Positions 48,331 through 59,809 of a stretch of 64,000 nucleotides of DNA are shown piece after piece. How positions within the stretch are numbered: position 1 is the first letter of the stretch; the number at the start of each line of letters is the position of its first letter. Position numbers and translations under genes: made by a program. This stretch comes from Tubulanus polymorphus. Lineage: Eukaryota > Animalia > Nemertea. The stretch covers positions 14,542,150 to 14,606,149 of the forward strand of contig NC_134026.1 in the NCBI RefSeq assembly GCF_964204645.1. The letters are read 5' to 3'. Under the pieces are notes generated by a model. It did no database searches and had not been told where the DNA came from. It saw only the letters and a list, made by a program, of their open reading frames with translations.

Positions 48331-50324
48331 AGATTATTTCAATAAATAATTCTCGATTTTAGATTTTTATTTTTAAATAGTGGGTTTTATCTTACATCTG
48401 ATAATATCATCATTTTTTATGCATGTTGCTTGCTAAAAGTCACGAATTATGTCATCTTATATGTAGGTACGCAGCTTAGTAAAAGTCACGGATTATTCAA
48501 GATGAATATTGGGAAAAACAATACGGAAAATTTGAAATTTTTGAAACGATTTAAGCTTTTCAAAATCAGAATATTGAAGTATTTTATTAAATGTTGCTGT
48601 TAGCAAGGGGGACATTTACCTAGAGGAGATTTTTACCGGGGGATATTTACTGGGGTATTTTTCCGAAAATAAACCATTTTAATGACAAAAATAATCGAAA
48701 ATCATGTTGACCTATACTTGAAAAAGCTGCATTTAATCTTCCAATTGAATTTTCATTAAATTATTGCCATGAAATAAAGGCAATTTCGATTAATCTTGAA
48801 ACTTCAAAGCATATTCAGAATATTTTAACTGCCCTGAAAACTATATAGCGTTTGCATACAGTTTTGCACTACTGTTTATATTGTCACGTATCACTGCAAA
48901 TCTGAAGCATATGTAGCTATTTATAACAGGGAACTGGCAATAACTGGCAAGCGAATCCAAACTGAAAAGAAGACGCTTTGGGAGAGTGGCATGATCGCGG
49001 GGGGGAGGGCGGCAGACTTGAAATAAATGCCATTGAGTAAAGGCTAACATAAATTCAGGCTAACCTCTCATTATTGAAATGGTGGTTTATTTTCAACGGG
49101 GGTCTGGATGTCTTTGCATCATAAATTTAGATTTGCATTTTGGAGTGTTCGAACCTCCCATGATTTTATATTAATTTCGCTGAAATGTTGATTTAAAAAA
49201 ATTAAATATGCTGTATCTATAATAGATTTATGTGGATCTATCAATGCATTCTAAGGAAATCTTCCGAACTGAGGCCGAATTTAAAAGAAATAAGAAATTT
49301 CGTATAGTATTCAAGATTTCATTTGGATTACGGTAACGGCCTTTGGTGATCTTCACCGTGAGGTCATGAATGAAGAAATACCGTAATAGAACTCTTAATA
49401 TGATAACATGTGTTGAGATGAAACCGCAACGTTTTGACTGTTGACTAACAGCCATCATCAGGTGGAATGAAGACATTCCAGTGATTTGAGCTTTAAGTCA
49501 GATGGCAGTCACTGAAAATCCGAACGTTGTTGCGGTTTAATTTTGATAATTAAATGTCGTCGTATAAAATTTTATTGCAGAATTTCTTCATTTATCGGAT
49601 TAGTGTTCTATTCGACTACTTCGGGTCATGTAGTCGTTAGATAGAAAATTATTACTTGTCGCCACGGAAAGTATATGCAACCGTGTCAGTCGCTACGGGA
49701 GAGATTCTCTGTATATCGGCATCTTAAATCGGCACCTTTGTTTGGTCCTAGCCTGCATTCACTTCCAATCTAACGAAATGGTAACGTTATTCTTACCATG
49801 AATGCCTTTTTGTCGTAGAATATGGTGCCACTGATATAAAAGTAGTTTTTATTCTACGATAATTTGAGAAAATGAGTTATATTGGAAAAAAACTGATGAA
49901 GTACCTTAAAATTCAGCGATTCATTGGCATTTTATTTCATTGGCATCTTCAAATAGAGTTTTGAGGTGCTAAGTTTATTACTATTAAGAGGTCATTATTT
50001 TTGGGGGTCAGTGCAGTTTATTCGTTCATCAATCACTGTCTAGTTAGCCAGTTTAATTCACCTGTTGACCGATAGCTGCTGCTGGGCTTTTGATAACCTA
50101 TACAAACAATTTACTCAACAAAGTAGGAAAGCATGTGAATCTGAAATTTCAGCCTTGCATTCTTTTACTTAGACCAGAAGAGGTTTTTTTTATCAAATTG
50201 GAATAACTGATTTCAAAACTACGTGAACATCTCAACTGAATTTATTTCAGTATTTATTCAATCAATAATGGTAATTGTTAGGCTTATTCTCACTAGCATT
50301 CCCTCAGTGAGTAATGGGTATTAG

Positions 50325-51929
50325 TGTAGCGGAAAATCCCTTGCCGTAGTTGTTTTTCGGGGTGTTTTCTTCTGCAAAGCTCCTCCGCCGCCCTGCGCGT
50401 GGTTGATTTTATAAATTATAGTTTTGTATTTCCGGTGTTGGAAATGGTCGGTCGGTTTTAGGCGGTAATTAGCGCAACTTTTCTAAATCTCCCCTTTTTG
50501 CAATTTTTTCCGATCATTTCCCACACCTTTAAATTATCGTATCGCTTTGAAATTTGCACAGAATGTATAAACCTTGGATCAAAATGTTTTCACGTATTTT
50601 TCTTATCGTTCCGTCCATTTATAACTTAATTATATTAGGTTTTATATAAAAATTACCTCCTCTCGCTCTAATGTCCTCCATTTTGTTGTAATGTGACGTC
50701 ACGTTGCTCGCATTCCTGACGTCATTGTGGCACTCAGCCAATCAGCGCTGAGTGCAGCGTGATGTCACCTTGCACTTTTTTGAATTGAGAAAGTCAGTTC
50801 GCTCAAATTATCTGAGGTACGTAGTTCAACCCGGCGCCGAGTCCTCTTGGCGTCGGGTAGGACCCTCGTTACGAAGTCTATTGCTTAATGATCTTGTGCT
50901 CTGGGTCAACTTGGCGACCTATAATCACTTTGATTCCCTTTTGACTTTAATAGATCAACCTGGCGATCTATTAAATCTCGTATTATATAGGACAACGTGG
51001 CGACCTATATATAAATTCTGAGATGCCGTCAGTTCAACGTTATCGGGGTCAACTCGGCGACCCGGTTCTGTCAATTCTTTTCTTGACACATGATCTTTGA
51101 GCTTAATTTATGTATATATCCGTAGACATATAAGCTCGACCTTTTTAAATTCCGGGCAAATGCAATAATTAGATTATTTATTAGATTGTTAAAAATAATG
51201 AATCAGAGCAAGTTTTCTACGTTGATTTTTAAAAGTTTATTCTGTTTAATTATAGAATATAATATACATTTCATTTATATGAACGTACGAGTTAAATTTG
51301 GAAAATATTATTAATATATATTGAATTTTAAAACTCTCGTTTTCTCTGTCGCGAGTAGAGGAGGAGGCCTGTGTCCCTTTTATTCCCCTAATTTGTGTGT
51401 CACATGAGTCCATAGTAAGCTGGGGCAAGCCAAAGAAGCCGGTTGCGAGAGCTACGTGCTGGAGGCACTTGGAATGACACTTTACACCAGAGGATAACAG
51501 AGGAGAAGTAGGCGCCGGTGCTCGGGTGACCGTGTGATCTCGCGTCTTGTCAAGGGCCCTGACTTGACTGATCACACGGCGGACACTCGTCCTGACTGGT
51601 CTGGTGACCCATTCATCCAGCCATGGGGTTGTGGGGTACGATTCGCACTCACCTCTGACACTATTTTAGCCCTCGTGGAACCCCTTTTTCCCTTGAGTCA
51701 GCCGCTATCCATTTATCAACCTTCGGAGGATGACTTTTCCCCTTTGCAGTCCTACTACCCGGGATTGTTCGACGAAGGCGGACCCTTGTAGCCATGCCCT
51801 GACGAAGAAGCCTTGGAACTCGGACACTTTGAGATCGTACCATCCTTTATTCCGTAAACGCTACCCTGGCGCCACCTCTCCGTTGAGTCACCTACCTCTC
51901 CGAGGGAGGCTCCGGGCGTCGCGGCTACA
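50325..51929. mobile_element. Solo LTR (1.6 kb)
   Basis: TGTAGC...GCTACA termini with exact 4-bp TSD TTAG on both sides; no internal retrotransposon ORF. Confidence 0.78.
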
Positions 51930-52147
51930 TTAGGTTACAATTTAATGCACTATTATTTTGATCTTATATTAGAAGTTGTAATATCATTTCAACCAAACTG
52001 TATAACTATGAAATGAAATTTCGGTTAAGGTATCAATTCTAACAAGCATTAAAAGGTTCAATATTCATAAACGAACAAGCAGAGAACAGCGTGACAAAGT
52101 GAACATCACATGGATTACTTAAAAATTGATTGTTTCGAAATAAACAA

Positions 52148-53341
52148 TAATTGTAGGTTAATTCTAAGTATTTTAGATACATTTTTTGGGAAAATTTTTT
52201 GTGGTCTTTCATCCAAGTAAAGAGATCTAAAGACATAATCCATTTCATGAACATATGATTTTATTTGTATTTTCGTCTCTCATATATCCTTGAAGACAAA
52301 TGAAGCCAAATTCAAAAAAGACAAATTCATTTCTACAGAATCAAAGATTTATGACAGTATGAATGCACCAGCATGTTTTATAATCGCAAATATAAAACAA
52401 AAATCATAAAATTCTAAATTAGATCTGGCACAATACTTGTTTTAACGGATTGAATACATAATGATGTTATATAAATCAATAGTTTTCTATCGGTTATTCC
52501 CAATTTGTTGAGCGTGATATAATTTAGGGGTTCTTAGCAACTCAGAAACTAGGATTTCTATTGACAGAACTGTATTCAGAGTTCTGTATACAAAGCATAC
52601 GGGGTTTAACAGTACCTTTGACCCTGTCACGTATCACTGCAAATCTTTAACAGATGTGGCTATTTTGAACAGGAAATTACTGTGCCATCTCAAAATGGTC
52701 AATTTTTCACTAGTTGACTTTTAGAAACGATGTGGTTTGAGAGTAGCTATTGTGGTAGGAGTTACTATCACTAAGTCGCTGTTTACAATCGGTTGGTTAC
52801 AGTCACATCTACTGCCAGTGTGCACTATCAAAATGCTAGCACACTAGCCCATCAGATGTTTTACAACAGTCGCTTTTCAGCAGTAGACTCTTTCAAACAG
52901 CTACTGTGGAAAACCAACTGAATTGAAAGGTAGACTATTTCGGCGTCATTTATTTGTTATTTGTAATTACATCCAGCAGTCAAATGATTTCATTTCAATC
53001 GTTGCCTCAACTTACAATCGTCACGATTTTTTGTATATTTTTCTGTCATATCTGAAACTTGGGTCCCCAGGGCGAATCACTATTAAAGCCGTGAGACTAC
53101 ATCGAAGTACCGATGACGTAAGCCGAAAGCCGTTACCGCTCTCCGCAAAATACATTCGTTACCGTAATCCAACTGAATTTTTATAGAATATATGTAATGA
53201 AATTTATCAATGAATCATGGCAATTGCGCAATATAAGTATAAGGCTCGCACTTAAACTTCTTTTAAACTCTTAATTTGGAATGCGTACGATGTACATTCC
53301 TAACTGTTTAAGTCATTCCTCAATGATAGGAGACGTTTGAC
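52148..53341. repeat. Dispersed repeat; inverted copy at 62627-64000
   Basis: Long colinear reverse-complement match (e.g. 52923-53190 vs 62965-63240); a short related patch at ~48880. Confidence 0.88.
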
Positions 53342-53481
53342 GGAAACACTTTTGGATTCCTCGTCAGTCAAAACTACAAATCAACCGACTGATATCGGAC
53401 CAGCAATAACTTCAAAAACTGATCAAGTTAACTGACTGATCTTAATCTTGGATTAGTGAATACTGCAAATATAATGCAGTA

Positions 53482-53870
53482 AACCGACCTAGGTTACAAT
53501 ATTGTAGCCTCGGTTAGTGTATGCAGATAAATCCGCGCAAGTCAACCGACCTAGGTTACAATATTGTAGCCTCGGTCAATGTATGCAGATAAATCCGCGC
53601 AATATTGTAGCCTCGGTCAGTGTATGCAGATAAATCCGCGCAAGTCAACCGACCTAGGTTACAATATTGTAGCCTCGGTCAGTGTATGCAGATAAATCCG
53701 CGCAAGTCAACCGACCTAGGTTACAATATTGTAGCCTCGGTCAGTGTATGCAGATAAATCCGCGCAAGTCAACCGACCTAGGTTACAATATTGTAGCCTC
53801 GGTCAGTGTTTGCAGATAAATCCGCGCAAGTCAACCGACCTAGGTGCAAAATTGTAGCCTCGGTCAGTGT
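53482..53870. repeat. 62-bp tandem array (sub-terminal repeat of the TIR transposon)
   Basis: Units start at 53482, 53544, (partial), 53647, 53709, 53771 and 53833; core CCGACCTAGGTTACAATATTGTAGCCTCGG; two inverted copies at 43755-43860. Confidence 0.92.
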
Positions 53871-54022
53871 TCCACTGATGAATCATACATTTGCCTCAAC
53901 CTAGTCTGCCAGGTTACTTATTGCTTTGTCTTTATCCTGACCCAATCATAACCGTATTTCTTTTTTCAGCTTTACAACTGATTCCACGAATTTAATAATT
54001 CCATTTTCGAATAATAATGTGT

Positions 54023-55169
54023 TTCCAACGGCTTGTCCGACATATACGGAAAAATGCGAGATTTCGATTGAATCAGTGTAGGTCTCGGATACAAGTTGAG
54101 GTAGTCATTGTGGTTGAGAACATTAACCGTTGCACCAGAATCTGCCATAAAGCGAGTCTTGGTTCCACTCACTGATATATCGAAGAACGGTTTAGAGCGA
54201 GTCATATCAGCAGTATAATGATTTGCGCGAAATACATACTCATCATCGCTGCCTTGATGAGCTAAGGTTGCGGTGATTGCAGCCTCCTCGGTAGGTGAGG
54301 AATCAACGAGTCTGTTTTCGGTTCCTATTGTAAGGTTGTCTACGTGAGTTGTAGTCTCGATTTCGACTAGGGTCACGGTTACGGTTTCGCTCTGACTGGT
54401 TCGGCTTTCTAGCAAAATGGTTACGCTTGCTACAGTTATGGCACTCCTGTCCCTTCGCAGGACATTGTGTCTGGTGAGGATATACACCACCACACAATCC
54501 ACAGATTCTTGTATCTGACGAGTTCCGATTCGGTTGACTTGGTCTATTCAACGTCGCATGTTTCCATGGTAGTTTCACTCTCAACTTATTCATTGGTGCT
54601 GACAGTGTATGTTGTTCCATCTCTGATGTCCGCTCATCAGCAGTCTCCATACCGCGAGCGGTATTTAATAGCTGATTTAACGTGAGCCCTTGCTCGACAG
54701 CCTTGCGTCTAAGGCGGGACGATAACGTACCCTGGATTATTTGCCGCTTAATTTCAAGTGTACTATCGGTGAAGTCACACTTACTGGCTAGTGTTGACAG
54801 TCTCGTGTAAAACTCGGCAGTCGATTCGTCTGGTTTTTGAGATTCTTTTCGGAACAGGTACACAAGGTGATCAGTACATTTTTGAGGTTCAAAATGTGTC
54901 TTTAACGCTAAGACTGCACATTTGAACTCGTTCGCGCGGTTTGCATCTCCCGGTGTGACTGCAGAAATTTTCCGTGTTTCATACACATCATTGGCAGGTT
55001 CACCGATGTAATGTAGCAGTATTGCCTTCTGACGGGTAGCTTCATCGATAGCCATGGCTACAAACATGTTTTCTAGGCGCTTGATGTATTTATCGAATCG
55101 AATGGGAGCCGTCTCTCTTGGTTGCAGGTCGAATTCGGGAAAAGAAGGTAGTCCGATAGCGGTAGCCAT
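54023..55169 (-). pseudogene. Gypsy (Mag-like) gag and aspartic protease
   Basis: Gag with tandem Zn knuckles CGLCG...H...CPAKGQECHNCSKRNH; protease ADSGATVN; frameshifted. Confidence 0.88.
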
Positions 55170-55282
55170 GTTTTCTCGAATTTTTACGTGTTACTACAGG
55201 GTGCGATGAAGATCGATTAAAGGTTACTATATTGTGGCTCTGTGGATTGAAATGATTACTCACAAACAATCGTCGATATTCG

Positions 55283-55300
55283 ATCCCATCCTCGTCGCCA
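55283..55300 (-). other. Primer-binding site complementary to the tRNA-Ser(GCU) 3' end
   Basis: TGGCGACGAGGATGGGAT directly after the 5' LTR. Confidence 0.85.
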
Positions 55301-55455
55301 CATAAAGATGAAAGCCAGAGATTCTCGATTATTTGATACCATTAAACGCTTTATTCACTATCACAAAACACCATTGCTCACGCTACAATTACCCACACGA
55401 CCTTGACCTAAGTTCTATTGTCAGTAACCACTAAAGCACGGAGCAGAACATTACA
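55301..55455 (-). repeat. 5' LTR of the Gypsy element
   Basis: Direct repeat of 20588-20742, followed by the PBS and gag. Confidence 0.88.
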
Positions 55456-57319
55456 CTCGCGGATAAATCGACAAATCTAAAATTACAGTTAAAAAATGAT
55501 AATCGATGAAAAATAAGAAATAAATACAGATCGAAGATCCGAAAACGATACTCATATATAGAACATACACACACATTATATTCATAAATCTCACAGACAT
55601 TCAGTTTGAAATAGCGATTGCTCTGGCTAGACACAGAAAACATACAGCTAGAAAAGTACAACTAGAAACACACTTTCTAACAGGACGTCGTTTGTATATG
55701 TATGCACTTACTTTCATGGGCAACATGAATATTATATGGGTGGAGAAAACAATGCTGACTAGAAGCAGTTTCATAAACACTGACGGTAACTATTAGGTGG
55801 ATCTAGTTGGCGTCATTTGTAACAGTACCAGGCCTAAAATCTGGGCAAATCTGACCTACAGCAATTCTATCATAGAATGCAGTAGGTAGCGACAGCGACC
55901 CATGTCAATTTTTTAAACCTGCAGCATTTTTCAATTTCAAATGTGCCGTAGAAAATTATCAATTCATTGGAGGGACAAATCTCCATCAAAACACTTTTAA
56001 ATCAAATTAACAAAAGCAAGGATCATTTGCCTGCAGAACCCTAGGTATGATAGGGAATCTAGCGGTAATTTTTGCTGCATTTGTTTCAAAATAGATGTGA
56101 ACTGTACAGAAATGTTGATACAAGTCCTTGGTAATGTTATTCCATGAAACTGAAATCTTGACTAAAATGTTATCCCATATAGTGTCACAATCTCAATTTG
56201 GAAAGCTGATGGATGGAGGTGTGGGCCAGATATCCTGCTGAACTGCATGAAGAACACCAAGATTAAATATAAAGAAACATGTAAAAATAGTTTTATTTGC
56301 TAACTTAACAACTGATCTTGTTTGCTGATTATTCACAACACAGGTATTGAATGTACACGTTATGTATAAGACTATAATATATTGTATAATATTAATTAGA
56401 CACCTAATCAAATTGTACCGAATGTGTGCTAAACCATGTTTCAAAAACTGTTTTAGTTCGAATGATACTGTTTGCAATTGGTAATAATTACAACGCATAG
56501 GTTTAGGTATCTTAATACTGAAACAATCTGTGTTTTCACCGAGGTCGCATAAAAATGTTCCATCGGTTGAATCTATCTTTTCAATGGCAAGAATCTCGTA
56601 GTTTTTTGTTACCCTTGGTGCTCTCAGAGTCTGAAAAACAAAACAAAATCAATCAACAAATATTTCATATTGCATTTGGTAGATATGAAAATGCAAAACA
56701 AGAGTTTTGTCTTAATTTTTTTAAGATTAAGTGGGGATGATTTGAGGAACTTCTCTTCAAAGAACTTGCTGAAGTGGTTAACTAATGAAATGAATACCTT
56801 AACCGTTAGTACCTCTGGTCCACACATTTTCAATATTAGCTGCAATCTAAGCTATAAAAGGGTCCAAAATAATTGCTTGAAAAGCCCGTTGACTGGAGTT
56901 GACACTTAGTACATAGTCTTTATGATAGATGGCGTCACGTATGTGTGGACATAAATGAAATTTTTTTAACCTGGCTCTATAACCTGTTCTTCTTTGAAAT
57001 ATGAAAACTTTTTTCTAATTTTTTTTTCAAACTGGTACTAAATTTGTAGGTGTTCGTGCCTGATAAACCTAGGCATTTTTACAAAATTCGGCTTTAAACA
57101 AATTGCTTGTAAATAATATTGTAAATAGAGTTGTTAAGTGTGGCTACTTTAAGAACTCAGTTGCATCATCTGTCTCAACTTGGTGCTCCATTTTCATTGT
57201 TATGTCTCAATTTTTTTTTGTAAGCATTTCATTTGGTTGTGACTGCTTTTCTTTCTCCTTGCTTATGTTCATTGACAATCTTTGTATGTACAGATTTTAT
57301 GAATAAATTAAATTGAATT

Positions 57320-57375
57320 GCCGTGGCTGAGTGTAGCGAGGCCATTAGGTTCGAATCCCTGCTGAGGGGGGGATG
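57320..57375 (+). mobile_element. tRNA-derived SINE-like head
   Basis: Box A-like TGGCTGAGTG and box B GGTTCGAATCC, too close together for a full tRNA. Confidence 0.45.
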
Positions 57376-58218
57376 TCTTAACAACAAGCGAGATAGGCAG
57401 TGTATACTGCTGTATAGTGTAGGCCTACTTCACTGCTATGCTGTGTTGTGTGCACTGTGCTGTCACTCTTAGGCTATGACTGTATTTTAAAGCCGAGGAG
57501 GATCGAGCACATACTACGTAGGCCTCATTTCAACCCAGTCGGTCGAATTGTTATTCACTAGAGACGAAACCGACTTGCATATCAAAGAAATTAAGGAACG
57601 TATTCTACAACGACCGGCTTCGCAACCGCTTAACTTGACCTATTATAACTAAGTAATATGGATCCTCCGGGTTTAATTCCCGGCGAATTAAGTGCTGCTT
57701 CTCATCTTAATTTACGATCTCATAAGTTTTCCCGATAAAGCAGTGCAAGCGTGTGATGTTTTGAGACATGTGAGATACACAATTCACAAAATAAAATGAA
57801 CAATACTTACTGCGGAAACTTGATTCTTGGAAAACGGCGCACGTGTACGTGTACCGCTCCGACTACTCCACTTCCTGTCCAGCGAGAACAGTCCCGCAAA
57901 TATTTATTTTTTTTCAATAAAATGAAAGACAAACACCACCAATTTATGCCGATTGAAAACATATATATTTTTTATTAATAAATATTCATATCTCCATCAA
58001 ACATCATCTGTATAATTTGTTTTTATTGCGGTATCCCATAACAACAGCATAGCGTTAACTCTTCGACCACGACGTACAACCAAAATGGGCCAAAATCGCA
58101 TGTTTTTTAGAAATTTCTCAGCAATTACCGCATAGAATTCCACGAGAAACAAATCTCAATCCTTTAAAATTCATGACTGAAATAATGTGCAAGTTACAGC
58201 ACAACCCTTATGAAAATG

Positions 58219-58495
58219 GTACACGTGTATTTAGCTATATACACGTGTAATATGAAATTACACGTGTACTTTTGACGTGTATTTTGAAGTACATGTGTAA
58301 AACACGTGTATTTCTAAAATACACGTGTAGTTTGGACATGTATTTTGAATCATACATGTACTGAAGATGTATATTTTGAAATACACGTGTTACTTAGGAC
58401 GTGTATTTTAAAAACACGTGTAAATTCATGTGTGGCTTCTGAAATACATGTGCAATCTGGATGCATGTACTACGCTAAAAAAATTATACATGTAC
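58219..58495. repeat. Degenerate ~20-bp minisatellite rich in TACACGTGTA/TACATGTA palindromes
   Basis: Repeated CACGTG/CATGTG cores at near-regular spacing. Confidence 0.75.
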
Positions 58496-59004
58496 CTTGT
58501 TTCTCATAATTGGTCACTTTTGTAAACTGCAATTAAATTTGTAATTACATCATTTAGCTTCACATGATTTCATAAAAAGTAAGATTTTGCATGTAATGTT
58601 CGGAGAATTGAAGGAATCTCCTGTCTTTTTAATTGTTTGATCCTCATCTAGTAGTTTTTTCCAGGATGCCGTGTCAAAAAAATCATGTTGTTTGTCCTGA
58701 TTGGGTCCTGTATGAATGAAGCACATGTCTTTGTTGCCCTCTGAATAAATCCAAAAACTGTTTCACAAAAATCATGATCTGAACAAAAAATTTTGGATAT
58801 TTCATTTATTATCAAGATAACTAGAGGCTTAGGGGACTGCCCAAGCCCCGAATTACAATGTTATTTTGAAAAATGTTGAATATATTGCTGTCACCAGCTC
58901 CAAGTGTTCTGCTTTCCTTGTAGGCCCATACACAAAAAATGTCCTTTTTCCTCTAATGTTGCCTTATCATACTGTATATCACATAATGAACATTTGTATC
59001 ATAC

Positions 59005-59490
59005 CTGCAGTTTTTTGAATAATGTCTTATATACAGCGCAGTAATATTTGTTCATCTCCGCATATAGAGAAAATCTTTTCAAAATAGGCATTTAGAACTG
59101 CGTAGAAGCACTTCTCAGTAACAGTAAATTCAACCGATCCAGCAATCCAGTCAAAACAGTTGATATGGATCCAGCTTTGAGGGAGAACGTCATAATAGTA
59201 GTAACAGCCCCACGAAGGGTCACCTCAGCATTTGTGTGGAGAGGATCATCTATTTCCATCAATGAGCTGTGGCTGCAAAACAGATTAAACATTTTGGTGA
59301 TTGGTCAAGTTCATATCGGATGAGTAGGTTGGCAATTATGATTGCATTCACTTTAGTCATAAAGCACTGTATTACTAACTTACGTCGTCACAACCATTGT
59401 CTGCATTATTGGTGGATTGTGGCCATTTTCAATTCTTAAATCTTCCAGATTCTCAAAATCGACTTCTTGAAAAATCGAAATGTCCATCAT
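59005..59490 (-). pseudogene. Possible spliced, decayed CACTA/EnSpm-like transposase N-terminus
   Basis: ATG exon ending in GTAAGT, acceptor TTTTGCAG, then DPLHTNAEVTL...IMTFSLK...LLDRLNLLL; family assignment is tentative. Confidence 0.3.
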
Positions 59491-59809
59491 TTAGCAACAT
59501 ATTACAATCTACAAAACAAGAAATAATTTGAGAATAAATTATTCCCAAGCATATAGAACTTAAGGCTACAGTAGGCCTATACGTAGGTTGGTTTCCAGCT
59601 AGCGATTTCGTAGCCTATTTTTGCGATGAACATGCATAACGTACCAGATCAGACCTGGATTTTTTGTCTGTAAGGGCTTATATACATAGCATTGTCTATC
59701 ATACATTATCCATTATATATGTATACACCATATTTTGTATGTTATACACATAAAAAGTATGTGGTACAATGCGATCGTCCAATAGGTAAGATTCGAGAAT
59801 AGGGGACTA

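Larger units (their letters stand above)
43604..54022. mobile_element. 10.4-kb TIR DNA transposon, no transposase recognised
   Basis: Ends ACACATTATTATTCGAAAATGGAATTATTAAATTC in inverted orientation; similarity extends into the sub-terminal repeats; flanked by (G/T)TCCAA duplication in the Gypsy protease. Confidence 0.85.

Noticed and set aside
53482-53870. CRISPR-like array of palindromic repeats
   Set aside because: The intervening sequences are identical rather than unique spacers, there are no cas genes, the context is eukaryotic, and the unit is a transposon sub-terminal repeat.
57320-57400. tRNA gene
   Set aside because: Box A and B are present but there is no cloverleaf or anticodon arm; treated as a SINE head.
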